From IMG/VR virus record IMGVR_UViG_2802429251_000009: DNA of 32,209 nucleotides. One strand, given 5' to 3'. A model generated the notes under the pieces. The model saw nothing but the letters and a program-made list of their open reading frames with translations. It was not told the origin of the DNA and ran no database searches. Both the position numbers and the translations under genes were made by a program. This DNA comes from a virus. Its lineage: Duplodnaviria > Heunggongvirae > Uroviricota > Caudoviricetes. Shown here piece after piece: positions 8,324 to 17,937 of this stretch. The number at the start of each line of letters is the position of its first letter. Positions within the stretch are counted from its first letter, which is position 1.

Positions 8324-9373
8324 ATGGTTGATATAGAAGAAGTTATTACTAAGAAAAGAAATTCATTAAAGGCCGATCGTTTAGATATGTCTTTTGGTGA
8401 ATTGATGAATATGTTTGAAGACGGAGATTTATTCATCACTCCTGAATATCAAAGGGCATTTCGTTGGTCTAATTTTCAACAAACAAGATTTATTGAGTCT
8501 GTTTTATTGGGAATACCGATCCCCCCGATTTTTGTAGCAGAAGATGATAAGGGAAAATGGGAGGTTGTTGATGGCTTACAGCGTATATCAACAATTTTTT
8601 CATTTTTTGGTGTTCTTACTAATCTCCCAGAAAAAAACAACCTGAAACTATGCAAAGGAGAAATGGTTGCCGAGTTAGAAAATATAACTATTGATGCTCT
8701 TCCAATCAGATTAAAAACAACCATTAAAAGAGCAGTTTGTAGAGTTGAGATTGTTCGCTGGGATAGTAACGAAGATATTAGGTATGAACTATTTAATCGA
8801 CTGAATACAGGGGCTAGCCCGTTATCTGATCAAGAGATAAGAAACTGTATTTTTAGATCATACCCTGTTGATTTAAATAAAATATTGCGTGAAATTGCAG
8901 TTATGCCAAATTTCATTGAGTTGATTAACCCTTCAGCAGCTAAAAAAGAAGAAATGTTTTTAGAGGAGTTAGTGCTTCGCTATTTTGCTTTTAAACATTT
9001 TGATGGTGATTTTAATACTACTGTTCCTAATTTCCTTTCAGACTTCATGCGCTCCGTGTCGAAAGGTGACATTGCTTTTGATTTAGATTGTGAAAAAAAA
9101 TCATTTGTTGAGTTAATTGATTTCTTAATATCTCATGGCGGCAAGGAGTTATTTAGACCTAATGGACCTTTTGCCTTACATCTTTTTGATTCTATATCAT
9201 ACGCTTTGCCAAAAGTATTCGATACTGTCATTGGTAATGAGCAAAAAATTACAGAAGCTATAAATACATTGCTTACTGACGAAAAATATCAAAGTATTAG
9301 CGTGCTCACATTCTCAACTGCACGTACTCGTAATCGGATGGATCGAGCTTTAGAGATTTTCAAAAGTGCATAG
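8324..9373 (+). CDS. DUF262 (ParB/GmrS-N-like) domain protein without an HNH/DUF1524 domain; candidate defence-system component
   Basis: N-terminal signature ITPEYQRAFRWSNFQQTRFIESVLLGIPIPPIF...KWEVVDGLQRISTI; GGAG SD 7 nt upstream; strongly AT-rich; no H-N-H motif seen in the C-terminal half. Confidence 0.75.
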   Translation: MVDIEEVITKKRNSLKADRLDMSFGELMNMFEDGDLFITPEYQRAFRWSNFQQTRFIESVLLGIPIPPIFVAEDDKGKWEVVDGLQRISTIFSFFGVLTNLPEKNNLKLCKGEMVAELENITIDALPIRLKTTIKRAVCRVEIVRWDSNEDIRYELFNRLNTGASPLSDQEIRNCIFRSYPVDLNKILREIAVMPNFIELINPSAAKKEEMFLEELVLRYFAFKHFDGDFNTTVPNFLSDFMRSVSKGDIAFDLDCEKKSFVELIDFLISHGGKELFRPNGPFALHLFDSISYALPKVFDTVIGNEQKITEAINTLLTDEKYQSISVLTFSTARTRNRMDRALEIFKSA

Positions 9374-9986
9374 TTTAGTGGCTGAAATTTATGAAACAAA
9401 CTCCTGGCGAGATGGGGAGTTTGCTAAATTTAGAGTCAACCCCCATCAAGTAGACCCTGTTTTATGGGGGCGGATGTGTGTACCGATGATTTATGCAAAC
9501 TGGGAGGGTTTTGTAGTTAGTTCATTAAAAATGCTTTTAAAGCATTTAAATAAATTAGAACTAACCCCATTACAAATACCTACTAGATTAGTTGTAGTTG
9601 GATTAGGTGACACATATAGAAGTTTAAGTGGGAAGCAATCATTTGAACAACGATGTGAGTTCACTGATAAATTTAATGAGTTATTAAAAAAAACCGTTAA
9701 ATTTAAGACAAAAATTGAAACTAAATCGAATTTGCATAGTGGTGTATTGAAAGAACTATGTCAAATGTTTGCTTTTGATTTTGAAAGATTTAGTGACGTA
9801 ACTGTTACTCTAGATCGTCTTGTTCAAGTGAGAAACTGTATTGCACATGGAGAAAACTCGATTTTACCAACTCAGGAAAATATTGAGTTATACATCGATG
9901 CAGTGAAAGCAGCAATTGATATCATGTTAGAAGAAATTGACTTGTTTTTAACGCAAGAAAGTTATTTATATAAACAGCAAGCCTAA
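9366..9986 (+). CDS. Small protein with HEPN-like Rx4H motif (RNCIAHGE); candidate effector partner of the DUF262 protein
   Basis: GTG start overlaps the upstream stop by 8 nt (coupled); alternative in-frame ATG at 9474. The motif assignment is by eye only. Confidence 0.5.
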   Translation: MHSLVAEIYETNSWRDGEFAKFRVNPHQVDPVLWGRMCVPMIYANWEGFVVSSLKMLLKHLNKLELTPLQIPTRLVVVGLGDTYRSLSGKQSFEQRCEFTDKFNELLKKTVKFKTKIETKSNLHSGVLKELCQMFAFDFERFSDVTVTLDRLVQVRNCIAHGENSILPTQENIELYIDAVKAAIDIMLEEIDLFLTQESYLYKQQA

Positions 9987-10021
9987 AATAAATACTCCGC
10001 CTTAAAGGCGGAGTATTTATT
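9987..10021. terminator. Bidirectional intrinsic terminator, perfect 15-bp stem with 5-nt loop
   Basis: aataaatactccgcc-ttaaa-ggcggagtatttatt read directly; sits between the convergent cargo operon (+) and the zinc-finger/portal operon (-). Confidence 0.65.
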
Positions 10022-10334
10022 GTTGAAGTAATTCCAATGCTATCTGGCGTTCTTCCGGCTTGAGTCGATCAATTAGAAATTTAACCAGCTTGTTGCCGGT
10101 CAGTCCGCTGGGGCTTAGGGTATGTGAAAACTGGGCGTTAAAAACAAAGGTGTGGCCGCATTCAACTTCCGTGCAGGCGCAGTATAAATCAGCCAGTTTT
10201 TTGTCTTTCCAGTCAGATTTACGAATGATGGCCGGTGAGCCGCATTCAGGACATTTAATTTTAAAAACTCGCATGTTCACCATCCCGCACGCCATTGCTA
10301 ACAATGGGGATGATTTTAACTTAACTGCGCTCAT
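10017..10334 (-). CDS. Ogr/Delta-family zinc-finger protein (late-gene activator type)
   Basis: C-x2-C-x22-C-x4-C arrangement with CPECGS...Y.CACTEVECGHTF, resembling P2 Ogr and P4 Delta; start overlaps the portal stop (ATGA). An internal ATG (MRVFKIKCPECG) is an alternative start. Confidence 0.6.
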   Translation of the reverse strand: MSAVKLKSSPLLAMACGMVNMRVFKIKCPECGSPAIIRKSDWKDKKLADLYCACTEVECGHTFVFNAQFSHTLSPSGLTGNKLVKFLIDRLKPEERQIALELLQQ

Positions 10335-11392
10335 TTTTCGCCCTTTTCGGTGGTGATTGCCGGGATATCTACATCAAAATGCAGGTGCAAATGTGGGGGG
10401 ATCTCCGGGTCATTGTTGACGCCGTTCATTAGCTTGCGCTGCAACGGGATAACTTCATCCTTGCGATAGGTTGTGCGGGCGGTTTCAGGGTTGCCCATTA
10501 CCGCGCCATTGGTCGGGATGATACCTGCCAGCCCTGCGGGGAAACGGTGAGCGGTAAAGATATCCTGCGCGGTGATCCCTTTGATGTTGGCAAATTCATC
10601 CTTTGCGCTGACTTCGCCCACAGGCATGATTTTAACCCCTTCCGGGTCGCCCTTCGGGATGTTGATAAACATATTGCGGAAGTTACCCAGCCCTTTGGAC
10701 TGGGCGATCTTCTCTTTGATTTCGTTTTCCATTTCCAGCGTCAGATTCGGATCGCTGGTATAGAGAATAAAGCCCATATGCGCCCCGTTATTGTAGTAAC
10801 GGCGCCGGAAGATGGTTGCCTCACTGTTGAGTAACACCGAATGGATGCCGCCGATATAGTCAGGCAGGCCATATACCTGCTGGCGCGGGTCGTACATTTT
10901 AAAGAAAACGATGTCTTCCGGGTCATAGATAAGCGCTGGCCCTTCCTGCAGAACGGCAAACGAGCCGTCTTTCCGGCAGCGCAGATACAACGACGGCAGC
11001 GGCAGCAGGTCGATCACTTCCCCGAATACGTTACGAATTTTCAGGATAGCGATGTCACCAAACAGCAGGTAATCAAAGACAGCCTGTTCGACCTGGTCAG
11101 GTGTCAGGCCGCCGCCAATATAGCCACCGGCCACCATATTGCGCCGCGCATACAGCACCCCACCATGCTGGCCGTTAAGGTTCGGCAACTGGGCCAGCGC
11201 CAGGCGATCAATCGGGAGTCGCCAGTGGTCATATTCATTGTCATACCAGATATTGTGATAATCCGTGCCGGTCGTCAGGATGGGTTCGGGTTCGCCAAAT
11301 GTGATCACGCTTCCGCGCCCTGGCGTGAAGGTTTCAACCTTGCTGCCGGTCATGGACCTGAATTTTTTATTTTTACGCTGTTTCTTTGTCAT
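10331..11392 (-). CDS. Portal protein, P2 gpQ-like
   Basis: 353 aa; position and orientation as in P2; 4-nt overlap with the terminase gene. Confidence 0.9.
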   Translation of the reverse strand: MTKKQRKNKKFRSMTGSKVETFTPGRGSVITFGEPEPILTTGTDYHNIWYDNEYDHWRLPIDRLALAQLPNLNGQHGGVLYARRNMVAGGYIGGGLTPDQVEQAVFDYLLFGDIAILKIRNVFGEVIDLLPLPSLYLRCRKDGSFAVLQEGPALIYDPEDIVFFKMYDPRQQVYGLPDYIGGIHSVLLNSEATIFRRRYYNNGAHMGFILYTSDPNLTLEMENEIKEKIAQSKGLGNFRNMFINIPKGDPEGVKIMPVGEVSAKDEFANIKGITAQDIFTAHRFPAGLAGIIPTNGAVMGNPETARTTYRKDEVIPLQRKLMNGVNNDPEIPPHLHLHFDVDIPAITTEKGEK

Positions 11393-13200
11393 GCTGCTTT
11401 CCCAAAGTACCAGCCCGATGGGCGGTCATATTCGTGATCGATAGGTTCGTTAATTACGGCGTGCGAGATAGCGAAGAAAACATCTGCATGGCCGGTCGCG
11501 TCTGAACGTTCGGCAACAAACGTCAGCGCGTTGCCGCTGTTGGTTGTCGTGCGCCGGATAGCCATAAAGCTGGCCGGAATTTCGACGCGCTCCTTGTTCG
11601 TTTCGTCTACGGCGTCTTTTGCCCATTCGATGCGCTTACGCTCGACAACGTCGATCATCTTCATCACCAGGCGGTTTTTGCTTTCGACGCTGTAAAGAAT
11701 GGGTGTGGCTTCGCGTGGCGCAAATTTGCTGACCAGGTCATAAACGCCTTTACCTATGCCGGTTGTATCGATCCCGATGTAAGTGATGTTAAAGCGGCGC
11801 ATAAGCTGCTTTATCTGGTCGGCCTGCCAGCTGAAGTTAAAACCCTGCCATTGCCAGACGGCCAGCACGCGGAAGCGCTCGCCGTCCTCTATAGGGGGCG
11901 CGATTAACACAAATGTTGAGTTGTCGCCGGAGCGCGACGGGTCAAAACCTGCCCATACTTCGCGATTGCCGAAGGGCCGCGCAGCAGTCAGATCAAAGTC
12001 GCCCCATGTGGCCCGGTCCACTTCACAGCCAACAAGCGCGGAGAACTTGAAAACCGCGTCTTTACTGTCAACAAACTGGCACATGTAGAGCATGGCGAAC
12101 GCGGTCGGGCTGTATTTGTTGCGAAGCCGTTCAATATCGACAAGCGCACCGAGGCCACCTTCGATAGCGTCTTCCATCGTGATGATGTAGCGCCAGATCT
12201 GGTCCGGGCAGAGAATGCCCTGGCGCATTTCGCTTTCTGTCGGGAACGCCACACCTTTGCGTTTCGGGTCGTCACCGCGCCAGGCTTCGCCAGTCCAGAC
12301 CGGGTAAGCCTGGTGCGTTTTCGCGCTGGGCGTCGAAAAGTAGGTCGTGCGGTATTTGTTATGCGTTGCCATTGCACTGGCAACTTCATGCAGGCGCGTG
12401 AATTTCGGGATCCAGAAAACCTCATCGCCATACAGGTGGCCGTTAAAGCCCTGTGCGGTGCTGGCGTTCGTGGACAAAAAGCGCAGTATTGCGCCGTTAC
12501 TGAGGCGGATATTTTTACCCGTCAGCGTCACGCCGAAATGGTTCTGGGCGATCTGGACGATGTATTCGCGGAAGATTTCCGACTGGGATCGGCTTGCAGA
12601 GAAAAAGACCTGGTTATCACCGGTAATGACGGCGTCTTCAAATGCTTCCCAGGCGAAATAATAGGTCATACCCACCTGGCGGCTTTTCAGAATGAAGCGC
12701 CAGTCTTCGCCTTTATGTTCGCGGCAGTGCAGCTGGTACTCGAAGAGATGTTCCCGCGCCCAGGTGTCGAGCATTTCCGCTGTAATACCGGAAACGTCGT
12801 TTTTCTTATACCGGCGCTTTCTTTCCCTTGGTTCCCCGCCTGCGCTGCTGAGGCAGTACCCTTCACCATCATAAGCCGCTTTCTGGGCCTGAATTTCTGC
12901 CAGCTTTTCGGCGTGCTTGTTGCGCTGCGCCATGAGTTTCACATGGTGAGCAATCAGATCGCGCAGTTCTTCCAGTTCCAGCGCCGTTTTTTTCTCGCGG
13001 CGGGAGAGCTGGTCGATACGGCGGGCGATGACATTTTCCACCGATTCAACAGGCAGCAGTGATGCCCACTTCCCGACGTCAGCCCAGTGGTAAATTGTAC
13101 GCGGTGGAATATTCAGTTCCTGCGCAATATCTTTCGGCGTCCAGCTTTTTATATAAAGCGTGCGGACCGCTTCTTTTAATTCATCGGAATATTTAGCCAT
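11389..13200 (-). CDS. Terminase large (ATPase) subunit, P2 gpP-like
   Basis: 603 aa; first gene of the leftward late operon, followed by the portal gene as in P2. Confidence 0.9.
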   Translation of the reverse strand: MAKYSDELKEAVRTLYIKSWTPKDIAQELNIPPRTIYHWADVGKWASLLPVESVENVIARRIDQLSRREKKTALELEELRDLIAHHVKLMAQRNKHAEKLAEIQAQKAAYDGEGYCLSSAGGEPRERKRRYKKNDVSGITAEMLDTWAREHLFEYQLHCREHKGEDWRFILKSRQVGMTYYFAWEAFEDAVITGDNQVFFSASRSQSEIFREYIVQIAQNHFGVTLTGKNIRLSNGAILRFLSTNASTAQGFNGHLYGDEVFWIPKFTRLHEVASAMATHNKYRTTYFSTPSAKTHQAYPVWTGEAWRGDDPKRKGVAFPTESEMRQGILCPDQIWRYIITMEDAIEGGLGALVDIERLRNKYSPTAFAMLYMCQFVDSKDAVFKFSALVGCEVDRATWGDFDLTAARPFGNREVWAGFDPSRSGDNSTFVLIAPPIEDGERFRVLAVWQWQGFNFSWQADQIKQLMRRFNITYIGIDTTGIGKGVYDLVSKFAPREATPILYSVESKNRLVMKMIDVVERKRIEWAKDAVDETNKERVEIPASFMAIRRTTTNSGNALTFVAERSDATGHADVFFAISHAVINEPIDHEYDRPSGWYFGKAA

Positions 13201-13377
13201 GCGGCTATTATGGCGGGATTATTTTGCAGAATTTATAATTAAATATCGGTATAAAGTGGCTATCCAGTTATAACCGAATACATAAGAAATAAAGCGGTCG
13301 CGCTGTTTTAATCAATTCGCAATACTAACCACCACAAACGAATTATTGTTATTTAAATTCATTATTAAAGGTCAGCT
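13201..13377. promoter_or_regulatory. Divergent late promoter region between the terminase (-) and scaffold (+) operons
   Basis: AT-rich 177-bp intergenic region in the position of P2 P_P/P_O; contains TGT-N12-GCA (~13305-13322), close to the TGT-N12-ACA element of Ogr-dependent promoters. Transcription starts not mapped. Confidence 0.35.
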
Positions 13378-14439
13378 ATGCCGCAATCTCATTACCGCAC
13401 GGATTGGCTATGTATTGCCACATCTGGACAGGCTGTGGACGGTCGCACCATTGAACCGCAATGGTTGATTGATGCGGCAGAAACCTACACCCGCAAAACC
13501 TACACCGCCATGATTTGGCCGCACCACCCGCAATACGATATCGGCGAGCGTGAATTTACCTGCAACCTGGGTGAAGTGGACGCGCTGAAAGTGGAAACGG
13601 AAGGTGACGTCACGAAGTTATATGCCCAGTTAATCCCGAATCAATTTTTAATTGATGCCAACCGTATGGGGCAAAAGTTATTTACGTCAGCCGAATTTGT
13701 CACTGATTTTGCAGGCAGTGGTCGTGAATATCTTTTCGGGCTGGCTGTGACGGATATTCCGGCAAGTCTGGGAACGGAAAAACTTAAATTTGTTTTAGCC
13801 GGTGAAGAAAAAGACGCCGAGCGCGGGAGTCTGGAAACATTCAGCTTAGGAAAATTACAGACAAGTAAACCGGATAAAAAAGATTCTTTCTGGTCGCGTT
13901 TATTTTCGGCCAGTAAAGATTTTACGCCAACGCCAGAGCCAAACACTGATAAGCCCACCGAGGGCGACGGAGAAAAAATGGAAGAATTAAAAGCGCTCAT
14001 TCAGCAAATGCTGGATCTGCTTAAAAGCGGTAAAGACGCCGCAACGGGTGATGCTGACACGGTTGATACCCCGGAACAGGCCGCTGATGTGGTGGCAGAT
14101 GTTGCCGCCCAGATCGCTGATGCTGCCGACGAGGTGGCCGAGCTGGCGCAGGACGTTATCGAAAACCCGGAAGACGAAGTCAAAGCGGAAGAATTCAGCG
14201 CCGCCAAAGCCAACCTGGCAAAAGTCATGAAGTCATTCAATGTGACGCCAGCGAAGCGCCCACGCGCCAGCCGTCGCCGTGACTTTTCCGCCCGTCGCCA
14301 GCCAGCTGGCAACCAGATGGACAACCTTACCACGCAGCTGACTACCGTCCTGACCAAGTTGTCAGCGATGGAAAACGGCAATACGCGCCGCCCTGGCAGT
14401 GCGCCAGGCGGAAGCAAAGAACCGTTTGAGTTTGTTTAA
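13378..14439 (+). CDS. Capsid scaffolding protein, P2 gpO-like
   Basis: Conserved segment YLFGLAVTDIPASLGTEKLKF matches P2 gpO (YLVGLAVTDDPASLGTEYLEF); acidic Ala-rich C-terminal half. Confidence 0.8.
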   Translation: MPQSHYRTDWLCIATSGQAVDGRTIEPQWLIDAAETYTRKTYTAMIWPHHPQYDIGEREFTCNLGEVDALKVETEGDVTKLYAQLIPNQFLIDANRMGQKLFTSAEFVTDFAGSGREYLFGLAVTDIPASLGTEKLKFVLAGEEKDAERGSLETFSLGKLQTSKPDKKDSFWSRLFSASKDFTPTPEPNTDKPTEGDGEKMEELKALIQQMLDLLKSGKDAATGDADTVDTPEQAADVVADVAAQIADAADEVAELAQDVIENPEDEVKAEEFSAAKANLAKVMKSFNVTPAKRPRASRRRDFSARRQPAGNQMDNLTTQLTTVLTKLSAMENGNTRRPGSAPGGSKEPFEFV

Positions 14440-14467
14440 CAGCCATTCTTTTCAGGAATAAAAGATT

Positions 14468-15490
14468 ATGCAATTAACCCCAAAAGCAGAGCAGATGCTG
14501 CGTAAGTTTGCCGCAGGCCTGGCGAAAGCTAACGGCCAGGTGGACACGTCGCGCTACTTCTCGCTGACCAATCCGAAAGAAACCCAGCTGCGCAATGCCC
14601 TGCTGCAAAGTTCTGAGTTCCTGCGTCTGCTGCCTAACGTGCTGGATGTGGACCAGATCACCGGCCAGGTGGTCAGCACCGGTAAACCGGGTATTTATAC
14701 CGGACGTAAAAAAGACGGTCGTTTCTCTCGCGCCCTGGGTGTGTCCGGTAACGAGTACAAGCTGGTAGAAACGGATTCTGGTTCGTATCTGCCTTACTCC
14801 CTGCTGGTTGTCTGGGCGAACGCGGGCAGCGAAGAGGAGTTTTTCCAGCGTATTCAGGCATTCAGCAACGAATCTTTCGCGCTGGACATGTTACGCGTGG
14901 CGTTCAACGGTACGAGTGTTGCAGAAGACACCGACCCGGAAGCTAACCCGAACGGCGAAGACGTCAACATCGGCTGGCACAAAATCGTTAAAGACCGTTC
15001 ATCTGAGCAGATTATTTCTGATGCCGTCACTATCGGTGCGTCAGGGGCTGACTTTATTGGGCTGGACGCGGCAGTCACGGACCTTGTGCACACCTGCATT
15101 TATGAGCCATTCCGCAATGACCCACGCCTGGTCGTGCTGGCTTCCGCTGACCTTATCGGCAACGACGCCACCACAATGATGAATAAGATTGATCGCCCGA
15201 CTGAGAAAGTTGCCGCGCAGCTTATTGGCCGCCAGATTGCTGGCCGTACCGTGTACACCCCGCCGTTTATGCCGGAGGGTCGCCTTATCGTCACCACGCT
15301 GGACAACCTGCATATCTACACCCAGCAGGGTACACGTAAGCGTAAAGCGGAATGGAACGACGACCGCAAGCGCTTCGAGAACAACTATCTGCGCATGGAA
15401 GGTTACGGCGTCGAGCATGACGAGCTGTATGCGGCATTCGACAAAATCACCCTTGCGACCGGCGAAGTTGCACCGGGAGGGGGCGCGTAA
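14468..15490 (+). CDS. Major capsid protein, P2 gpN-like
   Basis: 340 aa; blocks such as AFNGTS and DPRLVVL followed by a TPPFMPEGRLIVTTLDNLHIY-type segment resemble P2 gpN; synteny O-N-M. Confidence 0.85.
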   Translation: MQLTPKAEQMLRKFAAGLAKANGQVDTSRYFSLTNPKETQLRNALLQSSEFLRLLPNVLDVDQITGQVVSTGKPGIYTGRKKDGRFSRALGVSGNEYKLVETDSGSYLPYSLLVVWANAGSEEEFFQRIQAFSNESFALDMLRVAFNGTSVAEDTDPEANPNGEDVNIGWHKIVKDRSSEQIISDAVTIGASGADFIGLDAAVTDLVHTCIYEPFRNDPRLVVLASADLIGNDATTMMNKIDRPTEKVAAQLIGRQIAGRTVYTPPFMPEGRLIVTTLDNLHIYTQQGTRKRKAEWNDDRKRFENNYLRMEGYGVEHDELYAAFDKITLATGEVAPGGGA

Positions 15491-15492
15491 AA

Positions 15493-16194
15493 ATGGCTAT
15501 GACCCCGTGTCAGCGACACCGAGCACGCATTAAAGCCGCAAAGGCGCTGGATAAGTGCGAAGCCCTGACGGCATCGCCGGTCAGCTTTCACATTCAAATG
15601 CTGGAACTGGAAAAGGATGTTGAACGGCTTCGCAATCTGACACGCGCTGACCGTATGGACATGAAGCGCGATGTTCTTTTGCCGCGCTGGATGCCAACCG
15701 TTGAAGCATACCTTTCCGGTGATGCCCGCTTTGCCAATCCGGCCCTGGTTTACTGCGTGATCTGGCTGTTCGATACGGGGGAAATGGGCAAGGCGCTGGA
15801 CTGGGCTGATGTGGCTATCAGTGAGAGCCAGGCCACGCCGGAAAACTTCAATAGCAACCTGCCTGCCTTTGTGGCCGACACGGTGCTGGAGTGGGCGATC
15901 ATGCAGGCGGAAGCCGGTCACAGCATCGAGCCCTATTTCAGCCGCACCTTTGAAAACATCCGCGAAAAGTGGCGTTTGCACGAAGACATTAACGCGAAGT
16001 GGTTCAAGTTCGCCGGTCTTTACCTGCTGCGCGACGAGAAGGGGCAGCCGCGAGTCACTGCCGTGGATGATGTGAACACGCTGGAGCAGGCCGACGCCCT
16101 TTTGGCCCAGGCGGCGGCGTACAACAAAAACGCCGGAGTTAAGACCATGCGCGAAAAAATCCGTGCCCGGATTAACGGCCTGACCCAGCTTTAA
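15493..16194 (+). CDS. Terminase small (endonuclease) subunit, P2 gpM-like
   Basis: 233 aa; position directly after the capsid gene as in P2. Confidence 0.75.
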   Translation: MAMTPCQRHRARIKAAKALDKCEALTASPVSFHIQMLELEKDVERLRNLTRADRMDMKRDVLLPRWMPTVEAYLSGDARFANPALVYCVIWLFDTGEMGKALDWADVAISESQATPENFNSNLPAFVADTVLEWAIMQAEAGHSIEPYFSRTFENIREKWRLHEDINAKWFKFAGLYLLRDEKGQPRVTAVDDVNTLEQADALLAQAAAYNKNAGVKTMREKIRARINGLTQL

Positions 16195-16296
16195 AGACTC
16201 CCGCTAGCCGGGACGGGCGCGGGGGAGGCATCAACCATGCGGTTGTTGGCCGTGGAACCCGTTAGCCCGTTTCTATTGCAAAACCGAGGTACGCCA

Positions 16297-16770
16297 ATGA
16301 GTGGCCCAAGTTTCAGTATCAGCGGCAAGCCAGTGACGGTGACGCCAACAGCGATCACCAACGGCGTGATGTTCTGGCCCGATCTCGATCTGGCCGAGTT
16401 TCAGAAGGTGCGCACGCTGCCCGCTGATCTGCCGCCAGAAACCGCAGGCGTGGCCCTGCTGGCCGCTATTGCGGAGGTAAACGACGCGCTGGCCGACGTG
16501 GTGACGTACTGGAACGCGAAAGCCTGCGAGCGGGCCGCAGATGTACCGGGTGCAAAGATGGGCGACGAAACCCAGTTAACAGCCCAGTACAAAAAAGCGG
16601 TCTACGCCCGCGCAAAGGCCGATTTACTGGGGGAGTTCGCCACCATCGGGCGGCGTGAATCGCATCCGGGGCAGGAAAGCCAGGACACCCGCGCCAGCCT
16701 GCTGGCCGAGGCGGCCAACGTGATGCGAAACATGCTGCGACAACCACGCGTTGGGGTGCATTTGATATGA
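16297..16770 (+). CDS. Head completion/stabilisation protein, P2 gpL-like
   Basis: Start moved from 16237 to the ATG preceded by a GAGG SD; assignment mainly by synteny. Confidence 0.6.
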   Translation: MSGPSFSISGKPVTVTPTAITNGVMFWPDLDLAEFQKVRTLPADLPPETAGVALLAAIAEVNDALADVVTYWNAKACERAADVPGAKMGDETQLTAQYKKAVYARAKADLLGEFATIGRRESHPGQESQDTRASLLAEAANVMRNMLRQPRVGVHLI

Positions 16771-17243
16771 GCCAGCTTGAAAGCCTGACGGCGTTTATTA
16801 CGGCAAATCTGCCGCCTGATGCCATGCAGATGTTTTCCAGTTCAATGGAGGATTGCGAGCTGGTACGCAACGCCAAAGCGCTGGGGAACAACCAGCGCCG
16901 GATCGGGGTGCTGACTTATACCGCCCGTTTGTCGTGGGATGACTTCCCCTACCGCAAATATTCGCCGGGGCTGATTTATGCCCTGGTGCTGGCCTGGGTG
17001 GATGAATTCGCCAACGAGCTGCGCGACGAGCTGAAGTTAGCCGATCCCACCGTGGACCCGGAGTTCGACGACGAAGGGTCATGCATTCTGGATGTGGTTG
17101 TCCCGCTGGTTGATCCGCTGGTCCTGCGCGAAGTGGAAAAAGGGCCGATCCCCTTCAAGGGTAAGAAATGGGACATCGTAAACCCCGAAATCTGGGAGGC
17201 GTCGCAACTGGAATTTATTGTCCAGCGTGGTGACGCGTCGTGA
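16767..17243 (+). CDS. Tail completion protein, P2 gpR-like
   Basis: Segment LIYALVLAWVDEF resembles P2 gpR (LLIVPVLAWLRE); 4-nt overlap with the preceding gene. Confidence 0.55.
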   Translation: MSQLESLTAFITANLPPDAMQMFSSSMEDCELVRNAKALGNNQRRIGVLTYTARLSWDDFPYRKYSPGLIYALVLAWVDEFANELRDELKLADPTVDPEFDDEGSCILDVVVPLVDPLVLREVEKGPIPFKGKKWDIVNPEIWEASQLEFIVQRGDAS

Positions 17244-17935
17244 TCCGTGGGGAGCTGAACCAGCAACAGCTAAAGCAGATGCGGGAAACGCTGGCAAAAG
17301 CTGACCTTCCCCCGCGTAAGCGCCAGCGCCTTTTATGGCGTATTGCAAAGCTGGGCATTGTTGCAGCGGCAAAGCGTCACCAGCGCCAGCAGGCGGCCCC
17401 GGACGGTACGCCGTGGGAGCCGCGTAAGCGTGGCAAAGGGAAGATGCTAAAAGGGCTGCCCAAACTGCTGGCCGTGCGTGAAATGCCGGAGATTCAGGGG
17501 GTAAGAATTTACCTCAAGGGCGGGAACTACCGGAACGGGACGAAGCCCATTGCGGCGGGTCTGGTCGGTGCGGCCCAGCAGGACGGCGCACGGATCCAGA
17601 TGAAAGCCAGTAACGCCCCGCGCAAGCCGCAGGCCGACAAACCCGCGCTACCGCGACAGGCCAAGCGTCTGCGGGCGCTGGGCTACAAAACCCGCAAGGG
17701 CAAGCGCTGGGTTAAGCCGTCCAGCAGGCAAATCATGGAAACCATGAGCATGGCCCAGGCGGGATTACTGATTCGAAAACTGAAAGGCACACCCTCAAAA
17801 CGCGCATGGACCATTGATATTCCGGGGCGCGTTTTTCTGGGGGTGAGCGACGATGAGTTTAACCAAATTATTGCGCGGCAAATGCAGGCAATCGGCTTCG
17901 GCTGGGACATCAACGCGCAGCAAATCAGGGGGTAA
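17240..17935 (+). CDS. Virion morphogenesis / tail completion protein (gpS-like family)
   Basis: 231 aa basic protein ending FLGVSDDEFNQII; follows gpR-like gene with a 4-nt overlap. Confidence 0.6.
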   Translation: MIRGELNQQQLKQMRETLAKADLPPRKRQRLLWRIAKLGIVAAAKRHQRQQAAPDGTPWEPRKRGKGKMLKGLPKLLAVREMPEIQGVRIYLKGGNYRNGTKPIAAGLVGAAQQDGARIQMKASNAPRKPQADKPALPRQAKRLRALGYKTRKGKRWVKPSSRQIMETMSMAQAGLLIRKLKGTPSKRAWTIDIPGRVFLGVSDDEFNQIIARQMQAIGFGWDINAQQIRG

Positions 17936-17937
17936 AA

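Noticed and set aside
9987-10330. P2 or 186-type 19-nt cohesive end (cos) expected between the cargo and the portal gene
   Set aside because: No sequence resembling GGCG.GGCGGGGAAAGCA on either strand; the interval is filled by the zinc-finger ORF. A GC-rich stretch at ~8140-8165 is only vaguely similar. The cos site was not located.
12313-13062. 249-aa plus-strand ORF inside the terminase gene
   Set aside because: Antisense to the conserved terminase ORF; no SD; shadow ORF.
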